DNA of 62,822 nucleotides, counting the filler, from Asterionella formosa (taxonomy: Eukaryota): the NCBI GenBank assembly GCA_002256025.1. It is 19 parts of 19 records of this genome, joined end to end, with 100 filler letters (N's around TTAATTAATTAA, not from the genome) between each part and the next. Parts side by side here need not be neighbours in the genome. Positions count along the whole stretch, not along the records: positions 3,803 to 32,463 come from NKIB01001158.1; positions 32,564 to 34,363 come from NKIB01001159.1; positions 34,464 to 36,263 come from NKIB01001160.1; positions 36,364 to 38,162 come from NKIB01001161.1; 15 more parts are not named here. The stretch is one strand, 5' to 3'. Below the pieces are notes generated by a model that ran no database searches, was not told the origin of the DNA, and saw only the letters and a list, made by a program, of their open reading frames with translations. How positions within the stretch are numbered: the first letter of the stretch is position 1; every line of letters begins with the position of its first letter. A program made the translations under genes and the position numbers. Shown piece by piece: positions 25,699-36,379 of the stretch.

Positions 25699-28600
25699 TT
25701 AAACGATCCATGCTTGATGCACTAGTTGCAAGATGCAACCCACGATGAATGAAGTTCCAATTGCGAAATGGGTCGAAAACACATGAGCCGAACTCTCCGT
25801 TCCACAAGCGCTTGACCCGAAAAATTTGGATCCATTAACCTGACACTTGCTGCACTCACCCGACGAGGAGTATCTTCCCTTTGGAGCTGAATAGCCTGGA
25901 GGGCAAAGGATGGCATCACAACCATATTTACCCACATCTCCTCCATTCCAGTTCTTCATGGAGCAAAGTTGACTATCTATCGTTGAGATTCGATTGTCAG
26001 CAACATAGAGACTCAGTGAATTGAATCTGCTTAAGACAGTTGGGAGTGAGCCGGTCAGGTCATTTCTCGCAAGGTCGATTTCAAGGTCAGCTTGGAAATT
26101 CACCAAAGCCAGAAAAGAGTCTGGAATAGTACCTGTAAACAAATTATCAGATAGGTCGAGCCTCCTTAATGACCCTGGAAAGTTTACCCCATGCAAGTTT
26201 CCAGTGAGAGAATTTGCCGAGAGGAGTAAAGACTTCATAAGTGTCAAGCCTTCCAAGAACAATGGAAGAGGCCCAGTCATGTCATTAAATGCCATTGTTA
26301 GCATGTGCAAGGATGTGAGCGATGCAATTTCAGAAGGAAAGCCATTCTTAAGTTGATTGAAGCGTAGGTTCAAGATTTCAAGATCTTGTGCTTTCTCAAT
26401 ACCTGCAAGTGATGACACACCCGTTTCATCCAAAATTAGTTCCTTGAGGTTTCGAGCATTTTCTATACCAGTAAAGTCAATTTTTTCCAAGGGGTTAGAA
26501 TACAATGAAAGTAAGGACAGGGCAGGAAGAGCAAACAGCTCAGTTGGCGGAGTCCCAACGATATTGTTTGCACCCAATTCAATTACTTCAATTCTGCTAT
26601 CATTGAATCCAAGGGCACATTGAATACCAGTCCAAGTGCAAATACTAGCAGGGGACATCCAGTTCTGGTTGTCGTTCCAAAATTCTCCACCGCATTCTGT
26701 GAAGAATTTCATCAGAACATCTCGTTCAATCACCGGAGGCAAAGGCGTATTGTATTTTGGAGGACAGTCTGTTGTTCCCCAAAACTTGGCTTCCTCACAA
26801 GTCTTGCAATTGTTTGTAGCCGATTCTTGACGACCATGTGGGTTGTATGTCTTCGGAGGGCAAAGGACAGCATCACAACTATATTTCTCGTATATGACCC
26901 CCCGAGATGCGGAGCACATTTCAGAAGCAACTCCCGTAATCAAGTTGTCATACAAGTGAATATGGCTGAGATGAGCCAGTGAGGACGGAATGGAACCCTT
27001 AATGGCATTTGAAGACAGGTCAGCGAATTCAAAGAGAACTGGGTTAATACCTCGGAGGAAATTAGCTGGGACAGTGCCGCTGATTGCGTTTGACTTCAGA
27101 ATGAGCTGTGTTAAACTTGACAGGCCACCAAACACTGGTAACCTACCAGAGAGACCAGGCCCACCATGTTCGGTTTGGTCAGACAAATCCAGTAACGCGA
27201 TAGACGACAAGGCATTCAGACTCGATGGAATACTGCCACTAAATGAGTTGCGACCTAGTCGCATCGTGATGAGATTATTTAAGTTCGCAATTTCGCTTGG
27301 TAAAGCTCCACACAGGTTGTTATTGTCGCCAGCTAGCAACTTGAGACTCGAAAGCTTGCCAATCCCCGAACCGAGTATACCAGAAAAATGACAGAAATCA
27401 AAATTGAGTTGTTCCAGCGTCAGAACACTGAAAATTTCTTCGGGGAACGTTCCATTGAGATTATTCGATTTTATGTGCAGCTCCTGAAGTGACCTTGCCT
27501 TTCCGATGCCTACAACATCCTTGATAGCAGTGTTGCTTAGATCCAGAGTCTGCAGCTGTGTAGCGTCTTCAATCCGGTATAGGTCCTGCATTTCAATGAA
27601 ATTTGAATCGAGCACCAGCGTTTTCAGGTAAGGAAGCTGAAATATTTCATGGGGTACGGTCCCTACCAGGTTGTTGGCACTTAATACAATTTCTTCAACC
27701 TGTCCTTCCTCTGAACATGTGATTCCGTACCATTGGCACACACTGACGCCATCTTGCTTCCAATAACTATTGCGTCTCCAGGAGCCACCGGATGTAGCAT
27801 CATAGAATTTTGACAGGACCTCATAAGAACTCAGTTTTGACTGAACGACAGGAGAAATAGTTGGATCAGATCCGCTGCCACCGCATGTAGTCATACCAAA
27901 GAACTGATTATTAGGACAGGACTCGCAGATATCAGCATCAAGGATCTGCCGACCCATTGAATTATAAGTTTTACTCGAGCAAAGGACTGCGTCACAGCCG
28001 AATGCTTCAACGACACCACCAAGACTTGCGTCACAAAGAGCAGGAGCAATCGCAGAAAACTGATTTTCAGTGACATCATATTGCTCGGCAGGAAACTTAG
28101 CCAAGCAACTTGGAACAGTGCCTGTCAGCTTGTTTCTGCTCAAATCAAGTTGCTCAAAGCTCCCAGAAGTAGTAGTATTCAAAAAATTATCCGGAATTGA
28201 TCCTGTTAGCTTGTTCCCACTCAAATTCATGCGGTGCAGCTCAGAAAAAGCAGCAAAATTTGGAACTTTTCCAGTAAGTCCCTCGCCACCACTACCATTC
28301 TGAGATGACAGGTCTATGAAACTTATTTTCGTCAACATATTCATTTGCGTTGGAATTGACCCAGTCAAACTATTCGCCTGCAATGAAAGAGACAACAGCT
28401 TACTCATTTGTCCTAATGTTGTCGGAATGGTTCCAGTCAGTTCATTGTCGTGCAGTGACAAGAACTCTAAGTGTGTTAGCACATTGATTTCCCCTGGAAT
28501 GGATTTCGATAATGCGTTGAAGGACAAATCGATCCTTTCCAAGTTCGTGAGTTTGAGCAAAGAAGTAGGAAATTCGCCTTGGAGAATGTTGGAAGCCAAG

Positions 28601-31581
28601 TAAACTGACTTGAGGCTAGGGGCGGCATCAATCCCGTCGACAGAATCCAGCTCTGTGTTTGTCAGATCCAGCGTTTCCAAACTATTTGCCTCTTTCATTC
28701 CATAAAACGGGAAAATTACAGAGTTTCCATCTAAGATTAGCGATCGAAGCGATGGGATTCCTCTCAAAACTGCACCAGTTGGGAACGTTCCAACCAAATT
28801 GGCGGCCCGAAGGGAAATACTGACAATTTCACTCTTTGCAGAGCATTCTATTCCATCCCAGAGGCAAGTACTCAGATTATATTGCTTCCAATTATTCTCC
28901 AAAGACCAGTCTGGTCCGCCACACGAGTCATAAATCAATTCTAGTGCAGACTGCTCCGACGAATTGTTGGCAGCAGAAGATGATCCTCCGCATTCAGTGC
29001 TGCCAAAATAAGGTGCACCACCAACAATGTTGCAAGGGGAACATGGTTTCTCCGCTGATACTTGTCGTCCAAGCAGGGTAAACGAGCCAGGGGAGCAGAG
29101 GACCGCATCACATCCGAATTGCAGCAATGTCGTAGGCAAGGAATCACAGACCAGCTGATCGATTCCGCTGAGCTTATTATCATGCAAGTATACATTGTGT
29201 AACCTTCCCACTGATGCTGGTACAGTACCAGTCAAGGAGTTGTCACCTATGTCAGCAAACTCGAAAAGCCCTCCATCGCTGTCACTGTTGACACCTGCCA
29301 AGAAATTTTGTGGAATTGTCCCTGAAAACGAGTTAACACCAAGATCTACACGTCTAAGTTGAGAAAAGCGTGAAAATGACGGGAGAGGACCAGAAAATCC
29401 AGATCGTCCGCTGCTATCAAAATCATCATCTTGTCCATTGGACCACTGATTAGACAAATCTAATACTGACAACGATGTCAGCGTCTCGAAACCAGAAGGA
29501 AGGGACCCAGTAAAATGATTTGTTGATAGGCGCAGAGATGAAATGTCCGTCAACTTGGACAGATTAATCGGAAGGGAGCCGCTCAATTCATTGTTTGCCA
29601 AAGAAAGAACCTCAAGATTACTTAACTGTCCAAGATCTTCCGGAAGAGTGCCGGCAGCGTTGTTGTAGTCCATTGTCAACTGTCTTAAGTTAGTGAGCTT
29701 GTAGATGTCAACAGGGAATGGTTTGCCGTCAAAACCTCCAATGTCACTTATATGCAATTCTTTGAGGCGTGACGCGGCATCTGTGATACCTTCAATACTC
29801 GAAATGATTGTCGAGGACAAGTCGAGAGCCTCCAAAGATCGCGCATTACCGATGCCCTGGAAAGAGACAGAAAGCCCGTTATTATGGCTGAGATCGATGT
29901 ACGTCAGGTTTGGCAGAGTGTATATACTTGTTGGCATCAAACCAATCAAGTTGTTACTATCCAAGTGCAAGTCCTTTACTGAACGATCTACCTCCGAGAC
30001 ACAAACAACTCCAAACCAGGAGCAAAAAGTATCTGATTTGTTTGGAGTGGACCACCCGATTGAGTTTGTCCATTGCTCTCCTCCAGAAGAAAGGTATAAC
30101 TCAACCAAAATAGCCTTTTCATCAACGCTGATAAAATCAGGAGCTTCCGATGGCATTTGCGTTGGAGTTTGTGTAGGCATAGGCACCAATGTAGGAGGCG
30201 GACTTGTTGGTCCAATGGCAGGAGCGCCGGTCGGTTTTGGAGAAACTGGGATGGGGGACGCAGTTGGAGTGTTTGCTTCCAGTCTGCATTTTATTTGCCC
30301 CCAGTATTTTGTGTTTAAAGGGCAATCCAAACATGGTCGATGTGATTCTTCTTGTCGACCAGCTCTTGGCTCATACGTTAGTGGAGGGCACAAAACTGCT
30401 GAGCAACCAAACTCAGAACTTGGACAACTAGAAACCCCTGTAATCTTGTTGTTATCCAGAAAAAGACCATCAATGGGAATTCTTTGCATTATCTGATCGG
30501 GAATATTCCCTGTGATCAAGTTGCTGCTGAGAATGATGAAATCGAAGTCTGCAAACGCTGTCGCAATCAACAGTGTTGGGGGGACAGTTCCTGAAAAGGA
30601 ATTGACACCCAAATCAATACGTCGAAGCCTCTTTTGACTATCAAAAGCCGGAACTTGTCCACTGAGACCTACATTGTTTCCAGGCGATGTACTTTCACTT
30701 CTTTGGTCACTTAAGTCTATTTGTTCCAATAACGGAGTATATTCGCCGCTGGTCAACCCTCTTGGGATGGTTCCAGTGAACCGATTCTTCTCTGCCAGCA
30801 GATAGCGTAATCGTACCAATAGATTGAACGAGCTTGGGAGAGTTCCCTCCAATGAGTTATCAGCAATGTTCAAATACTTTAGACTTTGTAATTGTCCCAA
30901 AGTCCATGGAAGGGTCCCTGTCAAAGAATTGTGTTCCAATTCCAAACGTTCCAAAGACGACATCTTCATCAAAAATTCTGGAACCAGTCCTAAAATTTTA
31001 GCTTCACTGGCATAGAAATCAGTAAGGTAAGGAGTATGAATCACAGTCCCACCATTGCCTGCAGTAAAGACTCGATTCAAGTCCTCAACCGATGTGCGAG
31101 ATAAATCCAAATGTTGCACGTTACTTGTCACAGTAACGTTTGTGACATCCAAAACAACCCCCAGCGTTTCCTTTTCCTGTTCGGCGGTCTTTCTGTAGTC
31201 AATATTATTTCCATTCAATCGTAGCAATCGAAGGTTGGGCAGCAGGAGAAGCAGTGACAAAGGCACACTACCGTCTAGATTGTTTTCAGATAAATCAATT
31301 TGTTCGACGGAACGTTCATCGACCACAACATCTGCTAGCTGCCGAGAAGTAGATCCTGGGGAGATGCATGATATACCTTCCCAGTCGCAATGATGAATCA
31401 TGGGTGAATTCCAATCGTTATTCTTTGTCCAGAACTCGCCTGCGGTGTATTGATAAAGTGCAACAAGGATATCACGTTCGACCGCAACCTCAACCACCGG
31501 ATTCGTCGCAGAAACTAGGGAGAGGAGTGAGATGAGATACAGTAGCTTAGCGGTAGCAGAGGATCGATGGTCGACAATCAT
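25699..31581 (-). CDS. Very large intronless secreted or cell-surface LRR protein with five capped LRR modules
   Basis: Signal-peptide-like LLYLISLLSLVSA. Five units of N-cap (E..L..Y/F...G..W....W......C.W.G(I/V).C), LRRs and Cys C-cap (GCDAxLC..G(R)Q..C..C). Hydrophobic C-terminus. ATG at 31581 chosen as start; the ORF is open from 31629. Confidence 0.9.
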   Translation of the reverse strand: MIVDHRSSATAKLLYLISLLSLVSATNPVVEVAVERDILVALYQYTAGEFWTKNNDWNSPMIHHCDWEGISCISPGSTSRQLADVVVDERSVEQIDLSENNLDGSVPLSLLLLLPNLRLLRLNGNNIDYRKTAEQEKETLGVVLDVTNVTVTSNVQHLDLSRTSVEDLNRVFTAGNGGTVIHTPYLTDFYASEAKILGLVPEFLMKMSSLERLELEHNSLTGTLPWTLGQLQSLKYLNIADNSLEGTLPSSFNLLVRLRYLLAEKNRFTGTIPRGLTSGEYTPLLEQIDLSDQRSESTSPGNNVGLSGQVPAFDSQKRLRRIDLGVNSFSGTVPPTLLIATAFADFDFIILSSNLITGNIPDQIMQRIPIDGLFLDNNKITGVSSCPSSEFGCSAVLCPPLTYEPRAGRQEESHRPCLDCPLNTKYWGQIKCRLEANTPTASPIPVSPKPTGAPAIGPTSPPPTLVPMPTQTPTQMPSEAPDFISVDEKAILVELYLSSGGEQWTNSIGWSTPNKSDTFCSWFGVVCVSEVDRSVKDLHLDSNNLIGLMPTSIYTLPNLTYIDLSHNNGLSVSFQGIGNARSLEALDLSSTIISSIEGITDAASRLKELHISDIGGFDGKPFPVDIYKLTNLRQLTMDYNNAAGTLPEDLGQLSNLEVLSLANNELSGSLPINLSKLTDISSLRLSTNHFTGSLPSGFETLTSLSVLDLSNQWSNGQDDDFDSSGRSGFSGPLPSFSRFSQLRRVDLGVNSFSGTIPQNFLAGVNSDSDGGLFEFADIGDNSLTGTVPASVGRLHNVYLHDNKLSGIDQLVCDSLPTTLLQFGCDAVLCSPGSFTLLGRQVSAEKPCSPCNIVGGAPYFGSTECGGSSSAANNSSEQSALELIYDSCGGPDWSLENNWKQYNLSTCLWDGIECSAKSEIVSISLRAANLVGTFPTGAVLRGIPSLRSLILDGNSVIFPFYGMKEANSLETLDLTNTELDSVDGIDAAPSLKSVYLASNILQGEFPTSLLKLTNLERIDLSFNALSKSIPGEINVLTHLEFLSLHDNELTGTIPTTLGQMSKLLSLSLQANSLTGSIPTQMNMLTKISFIDLSSQNGSGGEGLTGKVPNFAAFSELHRMNLSGNKLTGSIPDNFLNTTTSGSFEQLDLSRNKLTGTVPSCLAKFPAEQYDVTENQFSAIAPALCDASLGGVVEAFGCDAVLCSSKTYNSMGRQILDADICESCPNNQFFGMTTCGGSGSDPTISPVVQSKLSSYEVLSKFYDATSGGSWRRNSYWKQDGVSVCQWYGITCSEEGQVEEIVLSANNLVGTVPHEIFQLPYLKTLVLDSNFIEMQDLYRIEDATQLQTLDLSNTAIKDVVGIGKARSLQELHIKSNNLNGTFPEEIFSVLTLEQLNFDFCHFSGILGSGIGKLSSLKLLAGDNNNLCGALPSEIANLNNLITMRLGRNSFSGSIPSSLNALSSIALLDLSDQTEHGGPGLSGRLPVFGGLSSLTQLILKSNAISGTVPANFLRGINPVLFEFADLSSNAIKGSIPSSLAHLSHIHLYDNLITGVASEMCSASRGVIYEKYSCDAVLCPPKTYNPHGRQESATNNCKTCEEAKFWGTTDCPPKYNTPLPPVIERDVLMKFFTECGGEFWNDNQNWMSPASICTWTGIQCALGFNDSRIEVIELGANNIVGTPPTELFALPALSLLSLYSNPLEKIDFTGIENARNLKELILDETGVSSLAGIEKAQDLEILNLRFNQLKNGFPSEIASLTSLHMLTMAFNDMTGPLPLFLEGLTLMKSLLLSANSLTGNLHGVNFPGSLRRLDLSDNLFTGTIPDSFLALVNFQADLEIDLARNDLTGSLPTVLSRFNSLSLYVADNRISTIDSQLCSMKNWNGGDVGKYGCDAILCPPGYSAPKGRYSSSGECSKCQVNGSKFFGSSACGTESSAHVFSTHFAIGTSFIVGCILQLVHQAWIV

Positions 31582-32059
31582 GCCTTGCGATTTAGTGTTG
31601 ATCAGATCAAGTCTCGTGGAAGGATACAATCGACGCTTTCTTCACGTTGTTTCGTCCATTCAATAAATTAAGATCTAAGCTTTCAATATTTTAGATTGGC
31701 TTAACCGAGACAAGAATAGGGGAGACGTTTGATGGTGGGAGAAACAACAAACCTCTGTCGTATGTACGATCGAAAAGGCACGAATGTGTGAGTTTATAAA
31801 TGACCATTATTCATGTTCTTGCTAATACGAGTTATATCCTCCTCCTCAGGATGTGCCTGTATTTTTGTGGCCGCCCGTTGGACTGATTTTTCGGCGGGAC
31901 AGGAAATGCAAGAGTACACCACCAGGAGAGTAAATGATAGATATACCGTAATATGTATGATTTTGGGAGGTGCAGCACGACACTTGTTGGCTGTCTGCAT
32001 CATGCATCATCCCTTAAAATATTAGTAGTGATATTTTTCATTGTGTGTAAATCTATGTG

Positions 32060-32463
32060 ATATTGTGCCAGTATTAACAATTAATTCTACCCCCAAAACT
32101 ACCATTTTTTGCCGTAGTGAAAGCTAGTGCACTAGTAGTTTACTAGCATGACATACAAAGCATGCACTGGAGTATGGTCTCGATCATTTTTGGCTTGGCA
32201 GTACATGTCAAATATCGCCTGTATGTAAATAGCCACAATATACCGGTTTATGCATGCTATCACATCATGCATGCGAAAATAAAATGAAGTCAGAATGTAA
32301 ATTGTAAATCAAAGGAGAATGGAATGTAAGCATGTAGTAGTTTCTTAATAGTCACTATGTAAATCTAGTTAGACACGTAGTTGTGGATGCCCACCATTGT
32401 GGCGATCTTTCAACATTTGGTTGAGAATTTGAGTAACAGTCTTCTCTGGACCATATGCCTCAT
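32060..32463 (-). mobile_element. CryptonS right end integrated in unique flank
   Basis: Near-identical reverse complement of 34638-35044 (YR C-terminus ..GGHPQLRV* plus 3' region). Similarity stops at ..GGCACAATAT near 32060. Confidence 0.9.
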
Positions 32464-32565
32464 NNNNNNNNNNNNNNNNNNNNNNNNNNNNNNNNNNNNN
32501 NNNNNNNTTAATTAATTAANNNNNNNNNNNNNNNNNNNNNNNNNNNNNNNNNNNNNNNNNNNNAA

Positions 32566-33528
32566 CCTGCCGCCAGCGAAAAGGGCGAATCGCCCTGGGA
32601 GGCTGCTACCAGTAATGTGTCTCAGCAAGAGGTTTCAGGGAAAACGATCTGCTCGGGACCTGACTTTTGCTTTGATATTTATGGAACGTCGCTCCAAGAT
32701 CTCTTGAGTCCAAACGTCACAGAGCCTGCGAAGCTAGATGAAATCAGAGCGAATCTTAGGGCAGGAAAGGCGGTTGTCATTAACAACGCTTTCAAACCTG
32801 AGTTTGCTGAAGCGATGCACAGAGAGTTGCTCAAAGTCAACTTCAAACTTCAAGAACGATTCGATGCCGATGGCTTCCAAGTTTCGCAGAACAATGTCTA
32901 CAAATGGGAAGATTACAATGAATTAATGCGGGCGTTTCATCATGTCATGGACAACCCCAAGTCCAAAACCTTTATGCATGACCTTACTGATCGAGACACC
33001 TCTGGAATCATCATGAGTGGGGCAAGCTGGTTTGCCCCAAGGGAGTACGTCCTGCCTCATGACGATCATCGCGAAATGAGGACTGTGTCGTATGTTTGGC
33101 ATCTCTCGAGGAATTGGCTTCCAGAATGGGGCGGAGCTCTCTACTGGTGCCCAGAGAACCACGCGCATGCGTATGTGCATGCAAGCTTCAATACATTGAC
33201 CCTCTTCTCAGTCACTACCGGAACGATCCATATGGTAACCCCAGTGAATCCGGCAGCCACAGAGAAGCGCCTAACCTTTAACGGATGGTTTACGTCTAGT
33301 TGGTTTCCGAGCGCGACCGATGACCTTGTTTCTTATTTGGACACTCCTAAGAAGCGAAGGGAGCTCACCGAGGATCAAACTGTTAAAATTAATGAGTTGG
33401 TCAATAGCGATGTGCTCGATGCAGAAGTCAGAGACAAGGTTGGACATCTGATGGCATTGGCTTATGACGAGACGGTTGGACCTCTCCGGTTCACTCATCG
33501 TCTTGAGACTGGTGTTTCTATTTCTTAG
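32566..33528 (+). CDS. 2-oxoglutarate/Fe(II)-dependent oxygenase (prolyl-hydroxylase-like), 5' partial
   Basis: PHDD (HxD), WLPEWGGAL, FNTLTLF, IHMVTPV (distal His) and RLTFNGW (2OG-binding Arg). Confidence 0.85.
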   Translation, partial: PAASEKGESPWEAATSNVSQQEVSGKTICSGPDFCFDIYGTSLQDLLSPNVTEPAKLDEIRANLRAGKAVVINNAFKPEFAEAMHRELLKVNFKLQERFDADGFQVSQNNVYKWEDYNELMRAFHHVMDNPKSKTFMHDLTDRDTSGIIMSGASWFAPREYVLPHDDHREMRTVSYVWHLSRNWLPEWGGALYWCPENHAHAYVHASFNTLTLFSVTTGTIHMVTPVNPAATEKRLTFNGWFTSSWFPSATDDLVSYLDTPKKRRELTEDQTVKINELVNSDVLDAEVRDKVGHLMALAYDETVGPLRFTHRLETGVSIS

Positions 33529-33887
33529 ATTATGTGGGGGATATGGTAACTATGGTCATGCACCATGATTCTATCTGATTCGTATTTGCTGGTGACATAT
33601 AATCTGAACGTAGTACGTAGTACAGTACATAGTTTGTAATAAGTTAAAAAGTCCTTCAATGTGCTGACTCCTCTTTATAAACTGTCACAACCTTCCCAAA
33701 AGGATATATATATATATAGCAGAAGTCAGTCATCATATGAAAATAATTTCACGTTACGCAATCCGAGTGTCAATTATTGTGAACATAACCTATTCTTCGA
33801 TCGTAAATAAGGAGTGTCGGTTTGTAATTATACTCGAATGTTGCCTTGAATACGCATCATTCAAATCATTTGTCAATTTATTTTTGC

Positions 33888-34363
33888 TTACATCATCAAC
33901 TCAATTTTCCCGTCGCGTAGCAAATCCCGAACAGCATTGTACCTGGCAATTAAACAGGCCCCTGCCGCATGCTCTTGAATATTCATTTCATCTTGCTCCT
34001 CCTCACCTAGCGGATCAAAATTGTCTATTTCTACCTTTTCCTTCGTGCGGCAAAAGACAAACTTATCAAGATTGGGACGGTCAATCATTTCTGGCTCGTC
34101 AAGCACTCGCCACAGCTCCTTGGGTAAGTGCTCGAGCACAGTCCGGGAAAAGTGCCTTTCCAAAAGAGCCCCATATTGTTTCAAGTAGTTAATCTGAGTA
34201 AAATGCAACGATCTTTGTTAGTTTCAAGTCTTGAACAATACTTAACAATACATGACATGTGATACAATCACCTCTTCTGCGCTCATCAAGTCCAAATGAT
34301 CTCTCATGTAAAATGCAAACTGTTCAATTTTAGACAACCTTGTTCGCGCCAAATCCGTCAACA
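33888..34363 (-). CDS. SLD5: GINS complex subunit Sld5 (GINS4), 3' part; intron 34194-34271
   Basis: RTRLSKIEQFA..MSAEE|INYLKQY..HF..VL..LP..MIDRPNLDKFVF..IARYNAVRDLLRDGKIEL matches the Sld5 C-terminal half. Confidence 0.85.
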
Positions 34364-34465
34364 NNNNNNNNNNNNNNNNNNNNNNNNNNNNNNNNNNNNN
34401 NNNNNNNTTAATTAATTAANNNNNNNNNNNNNNNNNNNNNNNNNNNNNNNNNNNNNNNNNNNNTT

Positions 34466-34732
34466 CTTTGGCAAGAATGGGAAGTTGGAATTACAGGACG
34501 AAAACCAGCAAGGATATTTACAAGGGCAGAGAGGGGGAGGACAAAATTTATCTATTATCGACGCAAGGTTTTCTGGGATACAGTGGCAGGTCTTGTTCGA
34601 GCTGGGTACACTGCACATGCTGCAATCGACCGAATCTATGAGGCATATGGTCCAGAGAAGACTGTTACTCAAATTCTCAACCAAATGTTGAAAGATCGCC
34701 ACAATGGTGGGCATCCACAACTACGTGTCTAA
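34466..34732 (+). CDS. C-terminal domain of CryptonS recombinase (5' partial, absent from the ORF track)
   Basis: Open frame LWQEWEVGITGRKPARIFTRAERG..YYRRKVFWD..AIDRIYEAYG..GGHPQLRV*. It resembles the CryptonS C-terminal (GCR1_C-like) region. Confidence 0.8.
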   Translation, partial: LWQEWEVGITGRKPARIFTRAERGRTKFIYYRRKVFWDTVAGLVRAGYTAHAAIDRIYEAYGPEKTVTQILNQMLKDRHNGGHPQLRV

Positions 34733-35012
34733 CTAGATTTACATAGTGACTATTAAGAAACTACTACATGCTTACATTCCATTCTCCTTTGATTTACAAT
34801 TTACATTCTGACTTCATTTTATTTTCGCATGCATGATGTGATAGCATGCATAAACCGGTATATTGTGGCTATTTACATACAGGCAATATTTGACATGCTG
34901 TACTGCCAAGCCAAAAATGATCGAGACCATACTCCAGTGCATGCTTTGTATGTCATGCTAGTAAACTACTAGTGCACTAGCTTTCACTACGGCAAAAAAT
35001 GGTAGTATTGGG

Positions 35013-35059
35013 GGTAGAATTAATTGTCAATACTAGCACATTATTGACGAAATTCTACC
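35013..35059. other. Joined right-end/left-end junction of the Crypton (putative recombination site)
   Basis: GGTAGAATTAATTGTCAATA-ctagcacat-TATTGACGAAATTCTACC: imperfect inverted arms around a 9-bp asymmetric spacer. The left half matches the end at 32060-32092 and the right half matches the end at 22384-22403. Confidence 0.75.
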
Positions 35060-35344
35060 AAAGTAGTATTTTTCTGCAGGGCTCCGGTAGTGTTCTACTC
35101 TGGACAGGTCAATACTGTCCGGTACCCCTCCCTTGCTTGACCGTGGTGAAAATATGGTATAGACAAAGGCAAAAATTCTACCCAGTAGTACTGGGGGTAG
35201 AATTTTTTTTCACATTTTGGTAGAATATTCTACCAACGGACCAATGGAACCCTGCAGTATGCCATGGTATTTTCCAAGAAATTCTACCACGATACAACAT
35301 GGTATGAAATGGGATTGAAGTAAAAAATTAAACTAAATATCAAC

Positions 35345-36263
35345 ATGGCGACAATGCCAACAAGAAGAGTAAATGAACCTACACAATCCCCTGTTTACAA
35401 GAGTGTCCTAATTGCTATGATGTCATACAGAGATGGCATAGAATATTCTAAAAGCTACGAGTTTAGTCCAGAGGAACTTGGGGAAGTTACACCTGAGGAT
35501 GTCTACAAATGGATGGCTATGAAAGTCTATGGCCGTCCTGATCCAAACAATGATGACAATCCAACACATGGCCGGTCTTCTTCCCTGGAATACTACAAAA
35601 AGGCATTGTCGTATTTTATGCCAAATCGACTCTCCACTTGGAATGCTATTATGCACAGTGGCAATCCAACAAGGTCTGTGCCTGTCAATAATCTCATCAA
35701 GGCAGTAAAAAAGAAGGAAGTGCGCAGACAAGGGAAACCATCACAAGCAAGGCGACCCCTAGAATCCCAAGAGTTCTCCAGTACAATGCATATCCTTCAT
35801 TCATTCAAGGACAGTATTCATCGGTATCAGTTGCCTGCACTATGTGTCTTTCAATTCCACATGGTCGGCCGAATTGACGATTGTGTGCAATTAACAAAAA
35901 TAAACCTAACTGCGAATCTTCGATTTCCTTTCACTCTGATGGCCAAGCTGTGTTGGACAAAAAACGCTAAAGAAGAGAGGGAGGCACCAAACCAGGTACT
36001 CATTGCATCCATGTCGCAAGACTATTGCGTTCTCCTTGCCTTGGCTGTTCATCTTGAGACAGAATGTATGGAACAAGGCGCATCACCTGAAAATCCATGG
36101 GTGTTTTCGCTACAAACCAACAATCCATCAAATGCTAAAAGAAAGGCCTATACAATTCTGCGTGATGATGTATGGGAAAGTAGTGAGTTCAAACGAATGA
36201 ACAATGGTTTGATTGGCACACACAGCCTTCGGAAGTACCCATCAACACATGCACGTCGAAATG
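35345..36263 (+). CDS. CryptonS-type tyrosine recombinase, 3' partial
   Basis: Uninterrupted ORF with RSSSLEYYKKALSYFMPN, GNPTRS..VN.LIK.VKK.E, catalytic R (VGRIDD), WTKN and HxxR (GTHSLRK). Confidence 0.9.
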
Positions 36264-36379
36264 NNNNNNNNNNNNNNNNNNNNNNNNNNNNNNNNNNNNN
36301 NNNNNNNTTAATTAATTAANNNNNNNNNNNNNNNNNNNNNNNNNNNNNNNNNNNNNNNNNNNNCTCATCATCCTTGCCA

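Noticed and set aside
26021..31015. Numerous plus-strand ORFs opposite the large LRR gene
   Set aside because: Antisense shadows of a repetitive coding sequence.
34985..34992. CACTACGG as a CACTA transposon terminus
   Set aside because: Homology among copies continues on both sides of it (32113-32135, 41501-41522), so it is internal to the Crypton right end.
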